Virus record (IMG/VR): IMGVR_UViG_3300025634_000001
Location: 1 to 64,000 of that record
Reading direction: 5' to 3' (one strand)
DNA length: 64,000 nucleotides
Origin: a virus
The notes beneath the pieces were generated by a model, which saw nothing but the letters and a program-made list of their open reading frames with translations, made no database searches and was not told the origin of the DNA. Each line of letters begins with the position of its first letter. Positions within the stretch are counted from its first letter, which is position 1. Below are positions 53,208 through 63,269 of this stretch, piece by piece. A program made the position numbers and the translations under genes.

Positions 53208-56200
53208 ATGAGCATCGGCTTCAGGGCTGCAGCTAACGCCAGCTCCGCCGGGGCAGTCGCCAGCCAGGCCATCACGATCCCCTCGACGGTGCAAGCCGGG
53301 GATGTCCTGTTCCTGGTTTTCAACGCCTACAGCGGGGCATCCGGCTCGTCCACGCTGACCGTCACCTCCACCGGGTCGGCGTGGACGCAGCTGGGCACTA
53401 CCCAGTTCGAGAGCGCGGCCAGCGCCGAGACGAACTCGGCGATTTTCTACCTCCAGGCGGGCTCCTCGGACGCCAGTGCGACAGTAACGTGTCACACGTC
53501 GGTGAGCCTGTTCGTCAACGCCACGATATCCGCGTATTCCGGGGCGAACTCGTGGAAGTTCCTTGACGTAACGAACACCACCGGGTCGGCGACGCTGACC
53601 TCGACCATGGCAGTCTCCTCGGTCGCCCCCGCCGGGACCGCCGACTGGATTATCTACGGGCTGTCCTGCTGTAACGGGGCCACCGGGTATTCCTCCTGCA
53701 CCGCGCCCGCCGGCACGACGATGCGGGAAGCGAACTTCGGGTCGGCTTCCGGGATCGCCGCCATCGCCGACTCCAACGGAGCGGTGGCCCCCGGGAGCAG
53801 TAACGGCGGCGGGCATTTCACCCCCGATCAGACAGGCACGTACACCACCTGGACGATCGGGCTCGCCGCAACGTACGTCCCTCCCGCGGGAACGCCGGCC
53901 AAAGCCAGGTTCCCGCTGCCCGCCCGCGGTCGCACGTATCCCCTGAATCCCCCCCGGACCCTGCGGATCGTCAACAGCTCCGAGGGCGGCGCCTCCGGGA
54001 CGACCGCTACCCGCGCCAACAGCGGGGGGCTGTCCGGGAGCGCGTTCGATGCCGTCGCGATCGCCGCCGGCGGGACGATGGCGTTCAACAGCACGCGCAC
54101 CGCGCACGGCCTGCGGTCATACAAGGTCGCTGTCGGGGGGACAGCCGGCACGTCGGTGCTGGAGTGGACTACTTCACTCGGCGGGCCGCAGCCGGTCATC
54201 TACTACCGGGCGTACCTCTACTACACGGCGTTCCCGGCTGTAGCTTCTTCGCCCGTCAGTACCCGTACGGGCGCGTCGGTGAGCTCGGCTTCCATCTCGG
54301 TCAGCAGCACCGGCAAGATCAACATCCGCGACGCCGCCTTCACGACCCGCGCCATCGTCGCACAGCCGATCCCGCTGAACCAGTGGTTCCGGGTCGAAGG
54401 CTATTTCGTCGGGAACGCGGTAAACGGCGCTGCCAGCGCCAGCCTGTACTACCCGATGGATTCCGTCACCGCCGCCTCGACGGCGACCGCCACCGGCATG
54501 AACAACGCCGGGCCGGCGAACGCGGTCTGGTTCGGGGAATCGAACAGCGGGACAAACGAGGGTCCCTGGTGGATCGACGACATCGGGATCTCCAACGCCG
54601 GGTACCTCGGTCCCGCCGGCCCCCCGTCCGGTGCGGTCTTCTACCCGCCAAGCCAGGCGGTCAGGGCGAGGCTCCCGCAGCAGCCGCTACTGCGCGGCCG
54701 GGTCACCTCCAGCCCCGGGTCGGTACCCCCGGTGGCCGTCAGCGGGTCCGCGAAAGCGCTCCAGCGGAATGCCGCCGACAAACTCGCGTACCTGTACGAC
54801 GGGTCCCTGATATTCGGGTACTGGAGCGGCACCCAAGGGCAGGTCGGCCACGTCACCAGCCCGCTTGCCGGGCTCTCGGTCACGAACCTGATCTCCACGG
54901 CCGAAGACGGCATCTCGATCTGGGTTGACAACAGCGCCGGTACCTCCAGCGACATCTGGGTCTGCTCCTCCGACGACGACGCCTCCGGCGGCGCCGGCCC
55001 GTCCCTGCACGTCCGCCACGGCACCTACACCGGGGGCGTCTTCACCTGGGACGCCTCCACCCTGATCTCCGGCACCACCACCGCCGCCACCATCCAGTCC
55101 ACGATCACGTGGAACGGCACCTACCTGATGGTGTTCTGGTGGGACGGCGCATCCGGCTCGGACCGGGTGTCGTACGCCTACACCAGCACCAAGAACGGCA
55201 CGTCGGGCTGGACCGCGGCAGCGACGTTCTCCGAGTCCGCCACCTGGTCCACGATCGTGCAGGTCTGCGCCCGGCACTCGTACAAGCTCGGCGCGACCGT
55301 CGTGGTGTACGGCGGCAACAGCCAGATGCACTACGCATGCCTGGCCGATTCCGCTGCCAGTCCCGCGACCGGGAACTGGGGCGGCCGGACGGTCTACGAC
55401 CAGTTCGATGATTCCCTTGAGCTGTTCGGCGGCCCGCAGGTCGTCATCGACGAGTCTTCCGGTGCCATCCACGTGGCCAGGGCCGTCGCGAACCTGGGCG
55501 GGCCGTCCTGGGATGGCGTCATCTACTGGCATGGCACCTACACCCCGGGGGCGTCAGGCTCGGTCAGCTTCGCCGCCCGTGTCACGGTCGCGTCCGCCGC
55601 GTCCGCCACGGGACCGGCGGATATCGCCGCCGCCGTCGACGCCACCGGCACCGTCTGGGTGCTGTGGACGGATAACGCTGCCCAGGGGAACCTGAAGTAC
55701 GCGACGCTGACAGCCCCCTTCACCTCGGCGTCCGCCGCTACGACGCTGATCGCCGGCAGTGCCACGTCGAACCCGCGCTGGCCGCACGTCCCGGCGGTCT
55801 CGGCGGCCCAGGCGGGGCTCGCCACGTTCCTGCCCGTGCTGTACATGGACACCACGGGCAGCCCGTTCCCGGTCCTGCTGAACACCTCGATCGCGCTGCC
55901 CGCCACCCCCGGCCCGGTGTTCTGGCCGGCATCTCAGGCGGTCCGCGCCCGCCTCCCGCAGCCGCCCATCGGGACAGGCGCCTTCCGGGGCCGGGTCAGC
56001 TCCAACCCCGGGACCCCGGTCCGCAGCGTCCCGACGCAGGGCCCGGTCTTCACCCAGAGGCCCGCCCCGGTCAGGTACGCCCTGCCTGCATGGCAGCCCC
56101 GCGCGGGCCGGATCGGGTCGAGTTTCGGCGCCCCGGTCATCAACCCGGTCCACGGGCCTCCTGTCTACCCGCTGCAGGGCGAGGTAAGAGCCCAGCTTCC

Positions 56201-58193
56201 CCCGCTGCAGCCGCGCGCCGGCCGCAGCGCGTCCTGCCCTGGCAGTCCGCCCCGGAACCCCTCTGCGGGGCCGGTGTTCTACCCTGCGGTGCGCCCGGTA
56301 CGCGCCCCGGTACCCCCGGTTTTCTCCAAGGGCCGCGTCCGCTCCGGTCCTGGCAGCGCCGCACGGAATCCGTCCGCAGGCCCCGGGGTTTACGCCCCGG
56401 CGGGCCCGGTCCGGATCAGGACCGCCCCCCCGTTCTCCAAGGGCCGCGTCACTTCCGGTCCCGGATCGCCCGCCCGTAACCCCTCAGCCGGCCCTGCCGT
56501 CTACGCGGCGCAGGGTCCCGTCCGCGCCCGGACCGTACCCCCGTTCAGCAAGGGCCGCACCGGATCTAACCCCGGCGGCCCTGTCACCGCCCTCCCGGTG
56601 CCAGGCCCGGTGTTCCGGCAGGCGCCGGCCCCGGCACGCATCCGGCCCGCCCTGCCGTTGCGGGGCCGGATCAGCTCGAACCCCGGCGGGCCCGTCCAGA
56701 ACCCGCTGCCGCCGATCTTCGGCCCGGTGTTCCGCCCGTTCCGGTTCCCGGCCAGGGCGAGGATCATCCCGCCGCCGCGCGGCAGGGTCACCTCCAGCCC
56801 GGGGTCTCCGCCCCGGAACCCGTCCGCAGGCCCCGTCTTCGTCCAGGCGCCCCGCCCGGCCAGGGCTCCCGTCCCGCAGGTCTTCTCCAAGGGCCGGGTC
56901 AGCTCCGGTCCCGGCACCGCGCCCAGGAACCCCTCACCGGGCCCGGTGTTCCGGCAGGCCGTCCGGCCCGCACGCGCCCCCGTCCCGCAGGTGTTCAGCA
57001 AGGGCCGCGTCGCATCTTGCGCGGGCGCGCCAGCACGGAATCCGGTCTCCGGTCCCGTCATCTACGCTCAGCATGGCCCGGCCAGGGCCAGGACCGCCCC
57101 CCCGTTCTCCAAGGGCCGGGCCGGCTCTAACGCCGGGGCTCCCGCCCGGAACCCCGGTACCGGGCATGTCTTCATCCAGGCCGTCCGCCCGGCCCAGGCC
57201 AGGCTCCCGCTGCCCGCACGGGGCAGGATCAGCTCGAACGCGGGCGGCCCGGTCAGGAACCCGGTCCCGCCGATCTTCGGGCCCCCGTTCTATCCCGCGA
57301 GGTCCCCCGCCCGGATCAGGGTCACCCTCCCGCCGCGAGGCCGCATCGCCTCCGGATCAGGGGCACCTGCCCGGAACCCCGGTACGGGACCCGCCGTCTA
57401 CGCGGCGCACGGCCCCGTCCGGGCCCGCGTCCCCCAGGTCTTCTCCAAGGGCCGGGTCCGGTCCGGCCAGGGGACTCATGTCCCGCAAGAAGCCCCGGTC
57501 TACCCGCAGCACGGGCCCGTCCGGGCACACCCGGTCCCGCCTGCTCGCGGGCGTATCGCCTCCGGTCCGGGCATCCCGGTCCCCGCGACCGTCCCTGTTC
57601 CCGCCTTCGCGCAGCACGGGCCGGTCCGGGCCAGGATCACCCTTCCGGCTCGCGGGCGGGTCAGCATCTTCCGGGCCCCGGCAATCCAGCCGGTCCCGGC
57701 CCCGGTCTACCCGCAGCACGGGCCGGTCGCGGCCCGCCAGCCCCTGTCCCGCAGGGGCCAGGTCCGGTCCGGTGCAGGCACCCCCGTCCGGCATCCCGCG
57801 CCGGCCTACCCGCTGCGGCGGCCGGTCCAGGCACGCATCCCGCTGCCAGCGCGCGGCAGGACCGCAGGCAACCCGGGCGCCCCCGTCCGGAACCCCGGAA
57901 CAGGACCGAAGGTCTACCCGCAGCACGGGCCCGCAGGCCTCGCATGGCGGGCACCCGGCCCGTTCCGCAAGGGATCCGCGCAGGGCAGCCCAGGCAGGTT
58001 CACGGCCACGCCGGCCATGTCGCCCCCGTTCGCCGCCGGCCCCGCCCGGTGGGCGTGGGAAGCGGGAAGCGCCCGCCCGGTATGGGCCGCCGGCCCCGCC
58101 CGGTGGGCGTGGGAAGCGGGAAGCGCCCGCCCGGTATGGGCCGGCGGCCCCGCCCGGAAGACATGGAACCCAGGCTCCGGCCGGAACCAGTGA
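53208..58193 (+). CDS. 1661-aa virion protein: three beta-rich domains plus Pro/Arg repeats
   Basis: Single long ORF between head and neck genes; repeats visible in the translation. Confidence 0.8.
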   Translation: MSIGFRAAANASSAGAVASQAITIPSTVQAGDVLFLVFNAYSGASGSSTLTVTSTGSAWTQLGTTQFESAASAETNSAIFYLQAGSSDASATVTCHTSVSLFVNATISAYSGANSWKFLDVTNTTGSATLTSTMAVSSVAPAGTADWIIYGLSCCNGATGYSSCTAPAGTTMREANFGSASGIAAIADSNGAVAPGSSNGGGHFTPDQTGTYTTWTIGLAATYVPPAGTPAKARFPLPARGRTYPLNPPRTLRIVNSSEGGASGTTATRANSGGLSGSAFDAVAIAAGGTMAFNSTRTAHGLRSYKVAVGGTAGTSVLEWTTSLGGPQPVIYYRAYLYYTAFPAVASSPVSTRTGASVSSASISVSSTGKINIRDAAFTTRAIVAQPIPLNQWFRVEGYFVGNAVNGAASASLYYPMDSVTAASTATATGMNNAGPANAVWFGESNSGTNEGPWWIDDIGISNAGYLGPAGPPSGAVFYPPSQAVRARLPQQPLLRGRVTSSPGSVPPVAVSGSAKALQRNAADKLAYLYDGSLIFGYWSGTQGQVGHVTSPLAGLSVTNLISTAEDGISIWVDNSAGTSSDIWVCSSDDDASGGAGPSLHVRHGTYTGGVFTWDASTLISGTTTAATIQSTITWNGTYLMVFWWDGASGSDRVSYAYTSTKNGTSGWTAAATFSESATWSTIVQVCARHSYKLGATVVVYGGNSQMHYACLADSAASPATGNWGGRTVYDQFDDSLELFGGPQVVIDESSGAIHVARAVANLGGPSWDGVIYWHGTYTPGASGSVSFAARVTVASAASATGPADIAAAVDATGTVWVLWTDNAAQGNLKYATLTAPFTSASAATTLIAGSATSNPRWPHVPAVSAAQAGLATFLPVLYMDTTGSPFPVLLNTSIALPATPGPVFWPASQAVRARLPQPPIGTGAFRGRVSSNPGTPVRSVPTQGPVFTQRPAPVRYALPAWQPRAGRIGSSFGAPVINPVHGPPVYPLQGEVRAQLPPLQPRAGRSASCPGSPPRNPSAGPVFYPAVRPVRAPVPPVFSKGRVRSGPGSAARNPSAGPGVYAPAGPVRIRTAPPFSKGRVTSGPGSPARNPSAGPAVYAAQGPVRARTVPPFSKGRTGSNPGGPVTALPVPGPVFRQAPAPARIRPALPLRGRISSNPGGPVQNPLPPIFGPVFRPFRFPARARIIPPPRGRVTSSPGSPPRNPSAGPVFVQAPRPARAPVPQVFSKGRVSSGPGTAPRNPSPGPVFRQAVRPARAPVPQVFSKGRVASCAGAPARNPVSGPVIYAQHGPARARTAPPFSKGRAGSNAGAPARNPGTGHVFIQAVRPAQARLPLPARGRISSNAGGPVRNPVPPIFGPPFYPARSPARIRVTLPPRGRIASGSGAPARNPGTGPAVYAAHGPVRARVPQVFSKGRVRSGQGTHVPQEAPVYPQHGPVRAHPVPPARGRIASGPGIPVPATVPVPAFAQHGPVRARITLPARGRVSIFRAPAIQPVPAPVYPQHGPVAARQPLSRRGQVRSGAGTPVRHPAPAYPLRRPVQARIPLPARGRTAGNPGAPVRNPGTGPKVYPQHGPAGLAWRAPGPFRKGSAQGSPGRFTATPAMSPPFAAGPARWAWEAGSARPVWAAGPARWAWEAGSARPVWAGGPARKTWNPGSGRNQ
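55911..57995 (+). repeat. about 19 degenerate 33-43-aa Pro/Arg coding repeats
   Basis: Consensus GPVF/Y.Q..PVRAR.P..(FSK/PAR)GRV.S.PG.P.RNP. Confidence 0.85.
58032..58157 (+). repeat. exact 54-bp tandem duplication (2 copies plus a partial third)
   Basis: 58032-58085 is identical to 58086-58139 (AAGPARWAWEAGSARPVW). Confidence 0.9.
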
Positions 58194-58204
58194 CAGGAGG
58201 CTGA

Positions 58205-58528
58205 GTGAACACGATCTCCCAGTCCGTCCTGTCCACGAACTACATCCAGGTCCCCGTCACGATCCAGTCACCGGGGGCTTATGACCCCAGCACGGATGTC
58301 GTGCAGTTCGCGTTCCCGCCGTCCACCTACCCGCCGACCTCGCCCGGCACCTGGTACACGGGCTCATGGGCCGTCTTCCCCGGCCCGGTGTACTGGGCTC
58401 AGTGCCTCGTGGGCCCCGCTAACGGGGGAGTGTCGCTGGCCATCGGCCGGTACCAGGGGGCAGTGAAGATCACCGACAGCGATGCAGTGCCGGTCGAGTA
58501 CCCGTTCCTTCTGGTCATCACCCCGTAG
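58205..58528 (+). CDS. virion structural protein
   Basis: AGGAGG RBS; VQFAF...W..GSW...LVGP..G. Confidence 0.7.
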   Translation: MNTISQSVLSTNYIQVPVTIQSPGAYDPSTDVVQFAFPPSTYPPTSPGTWYTGSWAVFPGPVYWAQCLVGPANGGVSLAIGRYQGAVKITDSDAVPVEYPFLLVITP

Positions 58529-58579
58529 GTATTCCGCATCCCCCGTACCGCTGATGCAACGAGGGCGAGGTGATGCCCC

Positions 58580-59527
58580 TTGTCCACCCCCCTGCCTGTC
58601 GCTGGCCTCACTCCGTACGTTTCGCCAGAGCTGCTAACCCAGGCCAGTACAGGCGTTTCCTGGAATACCGTGCCCCCCGGCGCCAATGTTTCCCCGGCTC
58701 AGCGCCTCGCGGAGCAGTCGAACATCTGCGCCCGCGCGACGGCCGAGGTCGACAAAGCCGCGAAACAGCCGCTCCGCGCCACCATCGACACCCTGCCGCT
58801 CTACGGGCCCGGTGTCCGCGTCGGCGCGCAGGGCAACGGCCCGGCGACTCTCATCATGACCCGCTGGCCGGTGCTCGAGGTCGTCTCCGTCCAGGTGTCC
58901 CGCAACTGCCTGCCCTACGTGTGGACCACCGTCCCGTCCGACCTGGTGCAGGTCCAGTACCCGCCTGTCGGTCTCTACGGGAGCACAGCCCCCCCGGCGG
59001 CAGGCGAAGGCGGGCAGGGGATCCTCGTCTCCCAGGAGTACGTCAACTGGGCATACGGGCGCAACGGGCTCGCCATCCAGGTCGAGTACATCAACGGGTG
59101 GCCCCACTGCGGGCTGCTCGCCAGCGCCGCCCAGGGCGCGGTGTCCCTGTCCGTCGATGACTGCACCGGCTGGGCGGTCACCTCCCCGCTGACCGGCTAC
59201 AGCGGGGCCACGGGAACGGTCTACGACGCCGGCTACCAGGAAGTCATCCAGGTCACCGCCTCGTCCGTAACCCAGGGGCCGGGAACGCTGACCCTCGCCA
59301 CGCCGCTCCAGTCCGCCCACGCGGCCGGGGTGATGGTCTCCACCCTCCCGCAGACCGTGGTGTGGGCCGCCACCCTGTTCGGTGCCGCGCAGGCACTCAC
59401 CCGCGGCGCGACGTCCACCACGGTCCGGCAGATCCCCGGCACCTCATCGTCGGGTGCGAGCCGGATGGCGGACCTGAAGAAGGAAGCCACCTGCCTGATC
59501 GAGGGCACCTTCGACCGGATCATCTGA
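58580..59527 (+). CDS. head-to-tail adaptor
   Basis: PYVSPE, RATAEVD...QPL, V.YINGWP; position. Confidence 0.7.
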   Translation: MSTPLPVAGLTPYVSPELLTQASTGVSWNTVPPGANVSPAQRLAEQSNICARATAEVDKAAKQPLRATIDTLPLYGPGVRVGAQGNGPATLIMTRWPVLEVVSVQVSRNCLPYVWTTVPSDLVQVQYPPVGLYGSTAPPAAGEGGQGILVSQEYVNWAYGRNGLAIQVEYINGWPHCGLLASAAQGAVSLSVDDCTGWAVTSPLTGYSGATGTVYDAGYQEVIQVTASSVTQGPGTLTLATPLQSAHAAGVMVSTLPQTVVWAATLFGAAQALTRGATSTTVRQIPGTSSSGASRMADLKKEATCLIEGTFDRII

Positions 59528-59540
59528 ACGGGGGCGGGCA

Positions 59541-60059
59541 ATGCCGATCGCCTCGGTGATGGGGTACGTGAAGGGGCTCCTCGACGGCCTCCCGATGCCC
59601 GGCTACGCGCCGCCCATGTCAGCGCAGATCAACGCGCAGGACCCCAACACCGAAACCGACATCCCCACCGCGTACATCTGGCCGACGCGAGGCCATGAGT
59701 CCCGCGACGACCAGAACTACGCCGGCACGATGTCCCGCAACACCGGACCGGGAACCTCCAGCGGCGAAAAGACCATCCTGCACTCCGTTGACATCTACAT
59801 CGTGTGGATGGAAGCAGGCGACGACGAAGACGCCGACTCGATGTTCCCCGGCATCGTAGACGCCGCCATGTCGGCCCTGCGGACCGCGTACCCGATGCCC
59901 GCGCTCGCGACCGACCCCTACACCGGGGCCGAGACGCTGATCTCGAACATCGGCGAAGTCCAGGACTACCAGATCGTCGTCAGCGCGCTCGAGGACCAGG
60001 CCTACAACCGCTGCGACTCCCTGATCACCCTGCCGGTCATCGAGGTCATCCAAGCCTGA
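59541..60059 (+). CDS. tail terminator/completion-like protein
   Basis: Position before the tail tube; acidic, 172 aa. Confidence 0.6.
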   Translation: MPIASVMGYVKGLLDGLPMPGYAPPMSAQINAQDPNTETDIPTAYIWPTRGHESRDDQNYAGTMSRNTGPGTSSGEKTILHSVDIYIVWMEAGDDEDADSMFPGIVDAAMSALRTAYPMPALATDPYTGAETLISNIGEVQDYQIVVSALEDQAYNRCDSLITLPVIEVIQA

Positions 60060-60112
60060 CCGCCCCGCCCGACACCTCCCCTTTCTTCCTCGCTGCGCTC
60101 TCTGGAGGCCCC

Positions 60113-60331
60113 ATGCCGCCCGCCTACTGGACGATGACCGATTCCGGGGTTCGCTACTACCCCGCCACCAGGGACGCCTACGGCGTGCCCCTGGGCGACG
60201 TGAAGCCCGGCGACGTCATTGAACGCGACGAGGCCCCCGACCAGTACTGGGCGCCCTACGACGGCGAGCCGCCCCGCACCGACACCCCCGAGACCGACAC
60301 GGCCGGCGAGACCGGCAGCGAGGAGAACTAG
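60113..60331 (+). CDS. small virion-associated protein
   Basis: GGAGG RBS; RYYP...VKPGDV...PD..W. Confidence 0.6.
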   Translation: MPPAYWTMTDSGVRYYPATRDAYGVPLGDVKPGDVIERDEAPDQYWAPYDGEPPRTDTPETDTAGETGSEEN

Positions 60332-60333
60332 AC

Positions 60334-61605
60334 ATGGTTGCTCCCAACCCGCCGACCGCCGTATACCCCGTCTGCACGCAGCTGCTGCAGATCGGACTGG
60401 AGCAGGGCGGCTTCGGCGTCACCCCGGCTCAGGCCGCGTTCGCGTCGGTGCCCATCGCCAGCTTCATGCCGGACAACAAGATCATGCCCTGGATCGAGGA
60501 TTCGTCCATGTGGGGCGACTTCGTGAAGACCCATGATCTTCAGGAAGGTCCGCGCTGGGCCGAGTCTGAGATCAAGGAGTCCCCTCTCTACGGGGATACG
60601 TTCGGTCACTTTCTGTATAACCTGATGGGTGACCTGGTAGAGACCGGGACCGCGAGCACCCCGACGTGGATGACCTCCGGCGCGCTGTCGGCGGGCGCGG
60701 GCCCGATCCCGGTCACCTCCGGGTCCACCGCCGTCGCCGGGACCTTCGTCCAGGTCGACACGGGCGTCAACGCCGAGGTCGTGAAGGTCGGCACGGGCTC
60801 CTCGGCAACGAGCATCGTGCTGGACGCCACGACGCCGCTCCGGTTCTCCCACCTGACCACCATCGCGGTCGTCACGGTCATCGCACCGTACAGTCACGTG
60901 CTTTCCCTGCTCAATCCCTACGGCAGCACCGGGAACGTCACCGGCCAGGGCCCGACCCACTCCCTCATCCACCGCACGGGCATCCCCGGCTCGGGCAACA
61001 ACTACTCGTGGCAGTTCGCGTACGGCTGCATGAGCGAGATCATGATCTCCGGCAAGGCGACCGGCGCTCTGACGTGGAGCGGGAAGGTCACCACGTACAT
61101 CAAGACCTATCCGAGCTTCGTTCCCACTCCCAGCTTCTCGTCCGTGCGGATGATCCCCGCATGGAACAGCACGACCACGGTAGCCAGCGCGGCCGTGAAC
61201 GACATCACCGAGTGGTCCGTCACGCTGACCAGGGACCTCGACGTGATCCCGACCGCGGACGGATTCCAGCAGCCGTACCTGATCGGCCGCGGCAACCTGT
61301 CCGCCCCGTTCAAGCTCAAGTACTCGCCGGCGCTGGACGAATCGCCCTTGACGGCGATGCTGTCCAACACCCAGCCGACACTGGCGTGGTCGATCTCCAA
61401 CGGGCTCAGCGGGTCAAGCCTCGTGTCCTTCGCGCTCGCCGCGAACCAGGCCGCCTACAAGCAGACGCCGCTGGACAGCGGAAAAACTTTCTGGGGCTGG
61501 GACGTGGACGGCGAGTTCATCGCAAACACGACAAACGCGGGCAATTCGGGCGGTCGCTCTCCGCTTAGCATTACACTACAGAATGCTGTCCCGACCTACG
61601 CCTGA
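60334..61605 (+). CDS. major tail tube protein
   Basis: IGLE..FG N-terminus, ends ITLQNAVPTYA; Thr/Ser-rich; precedes the chaperone. Confidence 0.8.
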   Translation: MVAPNPPTAVYPVCTQLLQIGLEQGGFGVTPAQAAFASVPIASFMPDNKIMPWIEDSSMWGDFVKTHDLQEGPRWAESEIKESPLYGDTFGHFLYNLMGDLVETGTASTPTWMTSGALSAGAGPIPVTSGSTAVAGTFVQVDTGVNAEVVKVGTGSSATSIVLDATTPLRFSHLTTIAVVTVIAPYSHVLSLLNPYGSTGNVTGQGPTHSLIHRTGIPGSGNNYSWQFAYGCMSEIMISGKATGALTWSGKVTTYIKTYPSFVPTPSFSSVRMIPAWNSTTTVASAAVNDITEWSVTLTRDLDVIPTADGFQQPYLIGRGNLSAPFKLKYSPALDESPLTAMLSNTQPTLAWSISNGLSGSSLVSFALAANQAAYKQTPLDSGKTFWGWDVDGEFIANTTNAGNSGGRSPLSITLQNAVPTYA

Positions 61606-61607
61606 CC

Positions 61608-62852
61608 TCAGAACAGCGACTCCGTCTCCACCTGCTCCCGGCCCTGCGCTGAGTGCTGCCGGGCTGCGAGCAGGCTAGCGAGCCGATCCACCTCGGCGGC
61701 GAGGCCTCCTATCGTCGCGTCACGGTCAGCTAGATCGCGGGTGAGCGCGGCTATCTTCCGCTGGTTCTCGTTCTGCTCGCGCTTGGTCGCCCATCGGCAG
61801 TTGGGTGGCCAGCCGTTCCGCTCGCACTCCTCGCAGCGACCGCAGAGGTAGCCCTTGTCATTGTCCCGCCGGTCGACACTGTGGGACCGGCTAGGCCGCG
61901 GACCCAAGTCCGCAGCGAAGGCCAGCAGCCCGTCCGGGATGCCGCGATACCCCTGGCAGACCGTGATCTCACGGGGGTCGCCGCCGTACTTCGGCCATGC
62001 AGCGTTGTTCGGGTCGGTGCACCGGCCGATGATCCCGCGCCAGATGCCGTAGAGCGGGTGCCTGCTGAGGCCGTGGGTGAACTTCCCCTTCCCGCATCCG
62101 CACGACCTGACCTTGCCGTCCCTGACCATCCCGGCCATCTTCGTCGTCACTCTGCCGCACTCGCAGCGGACCGTGACGAGGTCGCAGTACAGGTAGCCGG
62201 CTTCCAGAACCTCCAGTTTCCCGAAGCTGTCGCCCGGATTCACGATGGCGGTCTTCCGGTTCTCGCGCGGTCCGCTAAGGCATGAGCAAGAACGGCTGGT
62301 GCCTATCTGGAGCGACTTGGCGCGGACGCGCCTAACCCTCCCGCAGTCACATCGGCAGAGAACGCTGCCGTCGCCTCCCTTGTAATCCTCTAGCGTCATC
62401 CACAGTCCGAAGAACTCGCCGGCACTGATGACGATCGGGTGATACTTCGGGCCGATCGGGCCGAGTTCGCCGGTGGTCTTGAGCCTGACTGCGTGCATGT
62501 TGCACAAGCCGCCGGTACGGCTGGGCACCGGGCAGCCATCGGGGTGACTGCACGTGCCGCCCTTGGGCTGCACACCCCGCGCCCGCCGCGCTCTGGTCGC
62601 TCGCTCACGCAGGCACGCGTTGGTTTTCTTGCAGAGCCCCGTGGTGTTGTCGCGCCGCAGGGGGCTACCGCAGACCTGGCAGTGACCTGTCGCCGGCCCG
62701 AACCTGCGGTCAAGTGCGTCGCGGGCGCGGGCCGCCTTGCATGCGGGACTATTCCGGCTGTCGCAGATGCCCGACTTATTGTCATGGCGCAGATGTTTGC
62801 CGCAGACCTTGCAGCTCCGGGGTGCCGGAAGGAGCTCGGGGACGGCCATCAC
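61608..62852 (-). CDS. free-standing HNH-type homing endonuclease with multiple Cys repeats
   Basis: CRCDCG, SCGC, HPLY.IW..RC, YGG, SVDRRDNDKGY, NCRWAT..Q..N. Confidence 0.85.
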   Translation of the reverse strand: MMAVPELLPAPRSCKVCGKHLRHDNKSGICDSRNSPACKAARARDALDRRFGPATGHCQVCGSPLRRDNTTGLCKKTNACLRERATRARRARGVQPKGGTCSHPDGCPVPSRTGGLCNMHAVRLKTTGELGPIGPKYHPIVISAGEFFGLWMTLEDYKGGDGSVLCRCDCGRVRRVRAKSLQIGTSRSCSCLSGPRENRKTAIVNPGDSFGKLEVLEAGYLYCDLVTVRCECGRVTTKMAGMVRDGKVRSCGCGKGKFTHGLSRHPLYGIWRGIIGRCTDPNNAAWPKYGGDPREITVCQGYRGIPDGLLAFAADLGPRPSRSHSVDRRDNDKGYLCGRCEECERNGWPPNCRWATKREQNENQRKIAALTRDLADRDATIGGLAAEVDRLASLLAARQHSAQGREQVETESLF

Positions 62853-63193
62853 GCCTCTCCGTCCTCAAGGTCGAGCATCGCCTGCAGGATGACTGCCTCG
62901 GCCTGCAGTTCCGCGCACTCGGCGAGCAGTTCTTCCGTCTGGGCTTTTATGGCGGCGGTCCGCCCCTCATCGACTTCGCCCGTGAGCACCATCTCCCGGT
63001 AGTCGTCCTCGGCCTCGTCAAGGATGAGCTGGGAGTAGCCGACGTCCAGGCCGATGTGGCAGGACTCCTCCAGGAGATCCATTGCGGACAGCACACGGGC
63101 CCGAGCCTGCTGGACTGAAACGGGCGCCTTCATGATCCGGCCGGACGGATGGCCGGCGGGGTAGCTCTCGCCGAGGTCTGTACGATTAGTCAT
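62849..63193 (-). CDS. hypothetical protein co-transcribed with the HNH gene
   Basis: GAGGAAGG RBS; coupled to the HNH start. Confidence 0.6.
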   Translation of the reverse strand: MTNRTDLGESYPAGHPSGRIMKAPVSVQQARARVLSAMDLLEESCHIGLDVGYSQLILDEAEDDYREMVLTGEVDEGRTAAIKAQTEELLAECAELQAEAVILQAMLDLEDGEA

Positions 63194-63231
63194 AGCTGGG
63201 CCTTCCTCTGCTAAGGGTTGAGGTCGAGCAC

Positions 63232-63269
63232 GCGAGGCGATGGGGTGCAATCCTGTCGCCTCGCTTTTT
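63232..63269. terminator. hairpin with T-tract (plus strand); 5' leader hairpin of the HNH operon (minus strand)
   Basis: GCGAGGCGA/TCGCCTCGC then TTTTT; TAGAAT -10 on the minus strand just beyond. Confidence 0.6.

Noticed and set aside
55911-58157. Repeats as a CRISPR array or DGR template/variable pair
   Set aside because: They are in-frame coding repeats without unique spacers; no cas operon, reverse transcriptase or adenine-specific variation is seen.
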